Shown here piece after piece: positions 19,011 to 25,692 of a stretch of DNA of 26,081 nucleotides; position 1 is the first letter of the stretch; each line of letters starts with the position of its first letter. This DNA comes from an uncultured virus (IMG/VR IMGVR_UViG_3300044732_003010). Its lineage: Duplodnaviria; Heunggongvirae; Uroviricota; Caudoviricetes. The stretch lies in IMG/VR virus record IMGVR_UViG_3300044732_003010, positions 62,001 through 88,081 of that record. The stretch is one strand, 5' to 3'. Position numbers and translations under genes: made by a program. A model generated the notes under the pieces. It was not told the origin of the DNA, did no database searches, and worked only from the letters and a program-made list of their open reading frames with translations.

Positions 19011-19128
19011 TCAATTCCCGGATTACCTCGGTTATTGACCGCTTTTGGGCTTTACAGTAGTTTTTTAGCTTTTTCTCTTCTGATTCTGATGTACGGACGT
19101 TAAGAGGATAATAATTTTTACTTGACAT
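18988..19128 (-). CDS. Ribbon-helix-helix (CopG/Arc-like) repressor, 46 aa, not in the ORF track
   Basis: MSSKNYYPLNVRTSESEEKKLKNYCKAQKRSITEVIRELIRSLPDN: alternating beta strand (LNVRT), helix, then S-x-x-E-V-I-R-x-L-I; divergent from the nuclease. Confidence 0.8.
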   Translation of the reverse strand: MSSKNYYPLNVRTSESEEKKLKNYCKAQKRSITEVIRELIRSLPDN

Positions 19129-19154
19129 TTCTAGTAGGCTTATGGTAGATTTAA
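19119..19154 (+). promoter_or_regulatory. sigma70-type promoter, copy 1
   Basis: TTGACA (19122-19127)-18 nt-TAGATT with TG extension; near-duplicate of 19571-19606. Confidence 0.7.
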
Positions 19155-19195
19155 GTTAGTCAAATATAGTTTAGCACCTTTTTCTACTATAAGTT

Positions 19196-19564
19196 ATGTT
19201 TAATCCCCGATCTGATTATGTTAAATTTACCGCTTGGACTAACTTAGATAGTTGCAATATATCGCAAGAAAGATTGCTTACAAAAGAGATTTTGATCGCA
19301 ATTACTTCTGAATTAGCCAAAAAATCTGGTAAATTTGACGATACTAGCTATTGTTCTGTTTTAGTTGCCCCAGAGATTTTTGAAAAATTTATCATCACTG
19401 AAACAGGATTAAATTATACGGTTCAGATTGTTGACGTGCCAAGACTATTATACTATTGGGAAGCTATAGGGTTTCCCCTTCATATTGATACTACCGCCTT
19501 TAATTTTTATAAAAGTTGGGCTATAAATTCTGATGTGGGAACTGGTATCCCAAAAAATCTTTAG
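19196..19564 (+). CDS. Hypothetical protein (122 aa)
   Basis: ORF between the two promoter copies; no recognised motif. Confidence 0.6.
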   Translation: MFNPRSDYVKFTAWTNLDSCNISQERLLTKEILIAITSELAKKSGKFDDTSYCSVLVAPEIFEKFIITETGLNYTVQIVDVPRLLYYWEAIGFPLHIDTTAFNFYKSWAINSDVGTGIPKNL

Positions 19565-19570
19565 ACTTCT

Positions 19571-19606
19571 TACTTGACATTTCTGTAAAGCTTATGGTAT
19601 ATTTAA
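19571..19606 (+). promoter_or_regulatory. sigma70-type promoter, copy 2, upstream of the nuclease gene
   Basis: TTGACA (19574-19579)-18 nt-TATATT with TG extension. Confidence 0.75.
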
Positions 19607-19612
19607 ATAAGA

Positions 19613-21316
19613 ATGAAAGAAGGTCGATCCATAAAAGCCATGCTAGTCAAGAAAACTATTGCGGACATAAAACTTAACCTTAATGCCACTCAGCGAACCT
19701 ATATTGATCGCTGGATGGACGAGCTTAAAGCTGTCTGGAATTTTGGGCTAGAGCTACTGATGGAATATCAGCTTAATAAGTATTACGACGAGCTTGAGAA
19801 AATAACAGGAAAACCAGTTAAACGGGTTAAACGTCGTTTAGCTAAAAAAACTCAATTTATTGACTCCCTAAAAAACGAAAAAGGTAAATCCCTTCCTAAT
19901 CCCCTTTACACCCCTAAATATTTAACTGGCAAGCAAAAAGTTAAAATACAGATAGCTAGAGAAAAAAGACAAAAAGCAGGTTACTCTTATCCTGTCCATA
20001 TCCCTATTCAACGGCGGTTAAAATCTGATAATTATTTTGGGTTATGTGGCTGTATTACAAAAGAAAAATGTCCAGAACTATGCAAGGACATCCCTATGGC
20101 TTTTGTCCAAGGGGTTTTAAAAAAGCTTGCTGATTCCTGGAAAGCTTACACCAAACTCGATAAAAAGAATTTAGACAGAAAACTTCCTAGATTTAAAAGA
20201 AAAGAAGATAAAATTAAATCTCTTTATTCTGAGATCAGCAATTGCGCTGTTAGAAAAGGGGATAAAATATCTATAGGTAGCTGTGGCAAAACATTAGGCG
20301 ATTTAAAGATTGTCAACAATACTTTAGATATTCGGTGGGGTGACAGAAAAGCCTCTACCGTATCAATTATCAAATACCCATCGGGATATTATCTAAGTCT
20401 ATTTGGTGAATTTGAAGTAGATGATCTACCTGATTCCGATAAAGCGATCGGTATTGACGTAGGACTAGAATATATAATTAGTACCAGCGACGGCCAACAA
20501 ATTGACCCGCCCAAATACTATAGAAAACAGCAAAAAAGACTAGCAAAACTGCAAAGAAAAACCGCTAGACAGTATAAAGCAGGGGAAAATAAAGACGGCA
20601 AAAATCTCGCTAAAACTCGTGCTAAAGTTGCCAAAACTCACGAAAAAATAGCAAGACAACGCAAAGGATTTAATCATGCCCTAAGTACCGATATTGCTAG
20701 AAATCATGGCGCTGTAGCCGTAGAAGACCTCAACTTAAAGAATTTAATGCGACGACCTAAACCGAAAAAAAGAGAAGACGGTAAAGGCTACGAACGCAAT
20801 AACGCGAAAGCCAAAGGGGGATTAAATAAATCCTTTGCTGATGCTAGTTTAGGACAATTAACTGGTTTTCTTGAAACGAAAATGAAAACTCCCAACCGAG
20901 AGTTTATCAAAGTTCAACCAGCCTATACTAGCCAAGATTGTCCTCGCTGTGGCAATCGTGTTAAAAAAAGTTTATCAACCCGCACCCATAAATGTTTAGA
21001 GTGTGGATGTACTTTACCCAGAGATGTGGCCGCCGCAATCAACATCTTAGGGAAAGCAGACTTCGTAAGAAGCTACCCGGCTTGTACCGGGGAAGTTAAG
21101 CCTCTGAAGGATTTCGATAAGGAATCAGCGCAGGAGGAATTACTTAGCAAGTCCAGCCGATTGTTACTCGGCGAAGAAACCCTCGAAACCTTACTGGTTT
21201 TGACCTCCGAGCCAGTGACACCCAAGAAAAAAACAAGGAAAAGGTCGATCCACTCGCAACCCGCGCAAACAGTCAACGCAGGCTATACGCAGCTTACACT
21301 CTGGGAGACTGGGTAA
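19613..21316 (+). CDS. tnpB: TnpB-family / compact type V (Cas12-like) RNA-guided nuclease, CRISPR-associated
   Basis: IS605 OrfB-like N-terminus; RuvC-I AIGIDVG, RuvC-II VAVEDL, Zn finger CPRC...CLEC, RuvC-III RDVAAAINI; array begins inside the stop region; start may be ATG 19640. Confidence 0.9.
   Translation: MKEGRSIKAMLVKKTIADIKLNLNATQRTYIDRWMDELKAVWNFGLELLMEYQLNKYYDELEKITGKPVKRVKRRLAKKTQFIDSLKNEKGKSLPNPLYTPKYLTGKQKVKIQIAREKRQKAGYSYPVHIPIQRRLKSDNYFGLCGCITKEKCPELCKDIPMAFVQGVLKKLADSWKAYTKLDKKNLDRKLPRFKRKEDKIKSLYSEISNCAVRKGDKISIGSCGKTLGDLKIVNNTLDIRWGDRKASTVSIIKYPSGYYLSLFGEFEVDDLPDSDKAIGIDVGLEYIISTSDGQQIDPPKYYRKQQKRLAKLQRKTARQYKAGENKDGKNLAKTRAKVAKTHEKIARQRKGFNHALSTDIARNHGAVAVEDLNLKNLMRRPKPKKREDGKGYERNNAKAKGGLNKSFADASLGQLTGFLETKMKTPNREFIKVQPAYTSQDCPRCGNRVKKSLSTRTHKCLECGCTLPRDVAAAINILGKADFVRSYPACTGEVKPLKDFDKESAQEELLSKSSRLLLGEETLETLLVLTSEPVTPKKKTRKRSIHSQPAQTVNAGYTQLTLWETG
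21070..21170 (+). ncRNA. Putative tracrRNA (omegaRNA-derived scaffold plus anti-repeat) inside the nuclease CDS; ends approximate
   Basis: Hairpin CCCGG-CTTGTA-CCGGG (21076-21091); anti-repeat TACTTAGCAAGTCCAGCCGATTGTTAC (21141-21167) matches the reverse complement of repeat nt 1-27 at 25/27. Confidence 0.75.
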
Positions 21317-21563
21317 CAATCGGCTTGACTTGTTAAGTAGATTGCAAGTTGCCAATTCAGATAGGGCGATAGGTCGTTGCCACGTAACAATCGGCTTGAC
21401 TTGTTAAGTAGATTGCAAGTCCCACTGAGAAGTGATTCAATGTCAATCGATTTCATAGTAACAATCGGCTTGACTTGTTAAGTAGATTGCAAGGAACCGC
21501 TAAAGTGTCGCTGTCAGTCGGTTTTAGGTAACAATCGGCTTGACTTGTTAAGTAGATTGCAAG
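21313..21563 (+). CRISPR. CRISPR array: four identical 36-bp repeats GTAACAATCGGCTTGACTTGTTAAGTAGATTGCAAG with spacers of 35, 38 and 34 bp
   Basis: Repeats at 21313-21348, 21384-21419, 21458-21493 and 21528-21563 with unique spacers; a further 39-bp spacer-like segment at 21564-21602. Confidence 0.97.
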
Positions 21564-21602
21564 TATGAACCAAGTGACACAGAACCCACTACAAAAGAAC
21601 TT

Positions 21603-21711
21603 CAAGCAATTAAGCTTAAGCCTTATTAGGGATTGAAACATCTACTCCTTTGTGGGATAAATCCCACCGGGCCACAGAAACAATTAAGCTTAAGCCTTAC
21701 TAAGATTAAAC
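21603..21711 (+). CRISPR. Second-family mini-array: type I-D-like repeat, 37-bp spacer, degenerate repeat
   Basis: CAATTAAGCTTAAGCCTTATTAGGGATTGAAAC (21607-21639) and CAATTAAGCTTAAGCCTTACTAAGATTAAAC (21681-21711), period 74 bp; canonical ATTGAAAC 3' end. Confidence 0.7.
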
Positions 21712-21736
21712 TAAATATTAAACCCGAAAAAAAACA

Positions 21737-22024
21737 ATGAATCAAACACAACTAGATAAAAAGATTAGTCAATTTTTAAGGAAAAAATTAACCAAAGCGG
21801 AACTAAAAGAAATGGAAATAAAACCACGTTCTTTAATCTTAACAATACGCAATTTTGTCGAGAGGTATCTACTTATCATTTTAGATAGTATTTTTGTTGA
21901 TGTCCCTCGTGGATGGGATAACTTTTTTGAAAGTTTTCGTTTTTGGCAAAAGCTAATACTTAAAAGAAATAAATCTCTGCTAGTAATTTATTTCTGGGAA
22001 ACTATTAATAATTATAAAGAATAA
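21737..22024 (+). CDS. Hypothetical protein (95 aa)
   Basis: ORF in a tightly packed run of three; no motif recognised. Confidence 0.55.
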   Translation: MNQTQLDKKISQFLRKKLTKAELKEMEIKPRSLILTIRNFVERYLLIILDSIFVDVPRGWDNFFESFRFWQKLILKRNKSLLVIYFWETINNYKE

Positions 22025-22027
22025 ATA

Positions 22028-22354
22028 ATGAATCACGAAATTTATCTTATTGGAATACCAACTTTATTGCTAGGATTTCTCTTGGGAACATGGTTAGCCT
22101 ATTTCTCGTGGGCTGACACTCGAAACAAAAAACTTGGTATAGACTTTAAATACCGGTACAAAAAGCCGATTAGTGCTAAGGAATTTGCTATAGAGAATTA
22201 CATCTCTTTAAAACAATCTAAGCAATTCCTTGACAATAAACTTTTAGAGTTTGGGGGAATAGTAGTTTCCCAAAATGGTGACAGTGAATATCATTTTGAT
22301 ATATCAGGATTTCTTATTGAAGAACAAGGCAATGGAAAAATACACTTTGACTAA
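22028..22354 (+). CDS. Hypothetical protein with an N-terminal transmembrane helix
   Basis: IYLIGIPTLLLGFLLGTWLAYFSW hydrophobic segment. Confidence 0.6.
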   Translation: MNHEIYLIGIPTLLLGFLLGTWLAYFSWADTRNKKLGIDFKYRYKKPISAKEFAIENYISLKQSKQFLDNKLLEFGGIVVSQNGDSEYHFDISGFLIEEQGNGKIHFD

Positions 22355-22523
22355 AATAGAACAAGATGGGAGTGCCAAAACTTTCATCTATCAACCAAGT
22401 GACACAGAACCCACTAAAAAAGAACTTAAGGATAAATTAATAGAAATCTTAATGAAAATCAAAACACTGACATCGGAAAAAGTAAATCTAATTTATTTTT
22501 TTATCAAAGTTATAGACAAATAA
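22332..22523 (+). CDS. Hypothetical protein (63 aa) containing the match to the junction spacer
   Basis: ATG 22332 (MEKYTLTKIEQDG...) preferred over 22275; 22389-22427 matches 21564-21602. Confidence 0.55.
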   Translation: MEKYTLTKIEQDGSAKTFIYQPSDTEPTKKELKDKLIEILMKIKTLTSEKVNLIYFFIKVIDK

Positions 22524-22553
22524 CTTTAATTCTGATAGGATAAATTTAAACAA

Positions 22554-22636
22554 GGATTGGTGGCCGAGTAGTCGAAGGCGACAGACTGTAAATCTGTAGA
22601 TTTAATTCCACGCTGGTGCAAATCCAGCCCAACCCA
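22554..22636 (+). tRNA. tRNA-Tyr(GTA)
   Basis: Acceptor GGATTGG/CCAACCC (one A-C mismatch), anticodon arm ACAGA-CTGTAAA-TCTGT, long variable region, T arm GCTGG-TGCAAAT-CCAGC, discriminator A, no encoded CCA. Confidence 0.88.
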
Positions 22637-22652
22637 CTTAAAATCAAACATA

Positions 22653-22681
22653 TTGACAAAATCAAAGACTTGACCTATGAT
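22653..22681 (+). promoter_or_regulatory. Near-consensus sigma70 promoter
   Basis: TTGACA-17 nt-TATGAT; implies the downstream gene starts at ATG 22710. Confidence 0.75.
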
Positions 22682-22709
22682 AAAAAGTTACAGCGATTAC
22701 AGTCACACT

Positions 22710-23120
22710 ATGTTTGATACAAATAAATACTTAGAATTATTAAAACAATACCCTCCTCGTCCTATTTACGACAAGGAAAAGCTAGAAAACACAGAAAAAG
22801 TTATCAGTTCTTTTTTAGATAAAATCATATTAGATAAAATTCAATTGACAATAGAAGAAAGGGAGTATTTAAATGTTTTAGGAACTTTGATTTATGAGTA
22901 TGAGGAAAATCAAGAGCCAATACCTGATATTTATGGAGTTGAGCTATTGAAATTTTTGTTAGAACTAAAGAACTTGCAAAAGCAAGACTTATTATCTATT
23001 TTTGAGGATCAATCAATCCTAGATGATATTTTTAATAGGCAGCGAGAGATAACAGATATTCACGTTCAAAAATTAGCCGATTTTTTTAATATCTCTCCTA
23101 CTTTATTTTTTCCTAAATAG
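22710..23120 (+). CDS. HigA-like antitoxin / XRE-HTH regulator without an adjacent toxin
   Basis: PRPI...EEREYLNVLGTLIYEYEE...LLKFLLE..NLQKQDL..IF...I...QREIT..HVQKLADFFNISP pattern typical of the HigA (COG5499-like) family. Confidence 0.8.
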   Translation: MFDTNKYLELLKQYPPRPIYDKEKLENTEKVISSFLDKIILDKIQLTIEEREYLNVLGTLIYEYEENQEPIPDIYGVELLKFLLELKNLQKQDLLSIFEDQSILDDIFNRQREITDIHVQKLADFFNISPTLFFPK

Positions 23121-23125
23121 GTCAA

Positions 23126-23198
23126 GGGTTGATGGCCGAGCGGTTAAGGCAACGAACTCATAATTCGTCTTAGGTAGGTTCGATTCCTACTCAACCTA
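23126..23198 (+). tRNA. tRNA with CAT anticodon (elongator Met or lysidine-modified Ile2; not initiator)
   Basis: Acceptor GGGTTGA/TCAACCT, anticodon arm ACGAA-CTCATAA-TTCGT, T arm GTAGG-TTCGATT-CCTAC; lacks the three G-C pairs of initiator tRNA. Confidence 0.88.
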
Positions 23199-23232
23199 TT
23201 AGAATAGAGAAAATACTATCTTTTAAAAAGCC

Positions 23233-25494
23233 GTGGCTAATTTTCTCATTCCCGTAGCGATAGGAATCGGAGCTAACCTATTGTTATCTCTATTTGCTCC
23301 TAAACCCCCTACCCAACAAAAAGGAAAAATTGAGGATACTGGTGTTCCCGATGCTGAATACGGCAGAAGCCTATCCTATCCTTTTGGAAGGGTGAGGAAA
23401 GAAGGGCTAACTATGATGTGGGGGATTCCTCTTAAGGAAGTCGTCACATCGGAAAGGCAAGGCGGAAAAGGTGGTGGTGGTGGGCAAACTACCGAAGTTT
23501 ACACTTATTTTCTGACAGCCGCTTATCCAATTGCTAGAAAAATTGGCTCTGTTAGGCGAGTTTGGATGAATAGCGTCCTTGTTTACAACTCTGAAACCAA
23601 TGACGAAAAAAGCCTAAAATTTATTGAACACACAACTATTTATACTGGCAATCAAACTACACCATCGTCAGTAATTCAGTCAAAAGAATCTAATCCAGTA
23701 CCTGCTTTTACTGGAATGTCTTTTTTAGTTTTTAATAATTATCCGATTGCTAATTATGACGGCACTGGATTTCCTACTATTGATATTGAAGTGATTGGAG
23801 AAAGTGGAAACAATCCAAAAATAAAAGATATTTTGAAAACTATTTGTAAATTAGCTAGTAGAACAGACGATCAAATTGACGTAACTGACATTCCTGATGA
23901 TTACCGAATTCAAGGATTTGATTTATTGTTTGATGGGACATCTTTTGCTGATCAGTTAGAAGAACTTATGAGAGCTTTTTTTATTGTGGCAAGGGAGCCA
24001 AAAGATAAAATCATTTTTAAAAGACAAGAACAATCATCCGATCCTATTTTTATCCCTAAAAGCTCTTTTGGGTCTAAAAAATTTGGAGAAAATCCTATTG
24101 ACATTAATGAAAAAAAACTGACTCATTTTAGAGAAACCCCTAGTGCCGTTACAGTATCTGGACTAAATGTTTTAAAAAATTATGAAACTATTACCGTAGT
24201 AGCTAAAGACCCATCAGATACTCACACAAACGAGCTTAGTTTTCAAACTAAGCTAATAGATATAGATATGTTTTTTATGAATACCGCCTCAAGAATTCTT
24301 TTTTTAGGGAAAACGCAATCAAAAACTTTCTCAAAAATGTTTTTATTACCAGCATGGGAAAATTTAAAGGTTGGGGATATAATTTTTACTAATGATAATA
24401 ACAATTATCATCAAGAATTGATGCAAATTACAAAGAAAGTAAGAGGAGTAAATTATTTAATTGAAATTGAAGCTACTCGATTTCAAGGAGTAGGATATTT
24501 ACCAGATATTCCTATAGATAACGAATTTCCGCCAGACGATAACTTTCCTCGTCCCTACGGACGCGCTAACGCTATTCCTATTGAATGCCCAATAATTAAT
24601 AGCCAAGATACAGACATAGGAATTTATGTGGCAATTGAAGGTAACTCTAGTTTTACCAAAGGAGCCTTATTTTATTCCGATGACAACGGCTTAAGTTATG
24701 ATTTTGCTGTTGGCAATGTTGTCAACAGCGTAACTGGTACTGTATTAAGCTTCTCCCCAAATTTTAACAACGCTTCTCCTAGCTTTATTGACGATTTAAA
24801 TTGGATACGAGTAAGCATGAATTCAGGGGAATTAGAGCCAGTTACTCTTGAAACATTTCTATCAGGCAAACAATTAGGTTGGTTTTCTACCGGAGAAATT
24901 ATAGCGTTTAAAAATGCTGCTATTGTGTCCAACGATCCCTTAACCTTTGATATTTCATATACAATTCGTGGAGTCAAAGGAACTGAACCGGCTATCTCTA
25001 GGCATATAATAGGAGAAAAATTTGTGTTACTAACTAATTATTTAGTTCGATTCCCCTTAAATCTTTCTGATATTAATCGAGAATATTTATTAAAAGTAGT
25101 TCCTAATGGATTGCTTGAAACTGATATAGAAGACGAGACTGCTCACACAATTACTTTAGAAGGATTGAAGCCTTTCCCTTGTGCTGTAAGAGGGGAAAAA
25201 GATAATAACGATTTAATTATTACTTGGTATCGACGGACGCGGTTAAATGGTCGTTGGATCGACTATATCGACATTGCTTACGCAGCAGGAGAATTGGACA
25301 GCTATGTAGTCAGAATTTACGATGGAAACACAATAAAACGAGAATGGCCGGTATCGTCAGCCCGAAGCGTCGTTTACACAGAGGCACAACAAATAGCCGA
25401 TTGGGGGTCAGTCCAATCAGCTTACACAGTACGGGTTTTTCAAAATTCAAGTTATCCAGTACCTTTTAAAGAATCACTAGCAACGATCATCTAA
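23233..25494 (+). CDS. Tail tip / host-specificity protein (GTA g15 'megatron'-like, phage-tail_3 type)
   Basis: YGRSLSYPFGRVR, GGKGGGG, RRVWMN, PAFTGMSFLVF, GEIIAF...IRGVKGTE and ITWYRRTR motifs; GTG start. Confidence 0.8.
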   Translation: MANFLIPVAIGIGANLLLSLFAPKPPTQQKGKIEDTGVPDAEYGRSLSYPFGRVRKEGLTMMWGIPLKEVVTSERQGGKGGGGGQTTEVYTYFLTAAYPIARKIGSVRRVWMNSVLVYNSETNDEKSLKFIEHTTIYTGNQTTPSSVIQSKESNPVPAFTGMSFLVFNNYPIANYDGTGFPTIDIEVIGESGNNPKIKDILKTICKLASRTDDQIDVTDIPDDYRIQGFDLLFDGTSFADQLEELMRAFFIVAREPKDKIIFKRQEQSSDPIFIPKSSFGSKKFGENPIDINEKKLTHFRETPSAVTVSGLNVLKNYETITVVAKDPSDTHTNELSFQTKLIDIDMFFMNTASRILFLGKTQSKTFSKMFLLPAWENLKVGDIIFTNDNNNYHQELMQITKKVRGVNYLIEIEATRFQGVGYLPDIPIDNEFPPDDNFPRPYGRANAIPIECPIINSQDTDIGIYVAIEGNSSFTKGALFYSDDNGLSYDFAVGNVVNSVTGTVLSFSPNFNNASPSFIDDLNWIRVSMNSGELEPVTLETFLSGKQLGWFSTGEIIAFKNAAIVSNDPLTFDISYTIRGVKGTEPAISRHIIGEKFVLLTNYLVRFPLNLSDINREYLLKVVPNGLLETDIEDETAHTITLEGLKPFPCAVRGEKDNNDLIITWYRRTRLNGRWIDYIDIAYAAGELDSYVVRIYDGNTIKREWPVSSARSVVYTEAQQIADWGSVQSAYTVRVFQNSSYPVPFKESLATII

Positions 25495-25549
25495 GCAGAT
25501 AGCAGTATTTAATTTAAATATGCTAAGTATATCTACTGTTCTTTTGTAA

Positions 25550-25581
25550 TTCGATTGTTAATAACCTTATTAACAATCGAA
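25550..25581. repeat. Perfect 15-bp inverted repeat with a 2-nt centre
   Basis: TTCGATTGTTAATAA-CC-TTATTAACAATCGAA. Confidence 0.9.
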
Positions 25582-25692
25582 ACCTTTACCTTGACTAGGT
25601 TTCAAGGTTTGTTGATACCGTTGATGCTTTATGGAGAAAAAAAAGAAAAGAAGATATAATAAATTGAAATCGGATATTTAAGGGATAAAACG

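Noticed and set aside
19620..21252. 12-bp AAGGTCGATCCA at both ends of the nuclease gene
   Set aside because: Too short and not positioned as a target-site duplication or element end; no supporting structure.
19613..21316. Intact IS200/IS605 or IS607 insertion sequence
   Set aside because: No tnpA (Y1 or serine) is adjacent and no element ends were recognised; the 3' flank is a CRISPR array.
21349..21527. Self-targets for spacers 1-3 within the window
   Set aside because: No match found by eye on either strand; a BLAST search is needed for external targets.
21073..21641. Minus-strand ORFs 21073-21276 and 21453-21641
   Set aside because: They run antisense to the nuclease tail and across CRISPR repeats; no coding evidence.
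25550..25581. Palindrome arm CGATTGTTA/TAACAATCG as a second anti-repeat
   Set aside because: Only 9 nt are shared with the CRISPR repeat, 4 kb away and locked in its own stem; compatible with chance.
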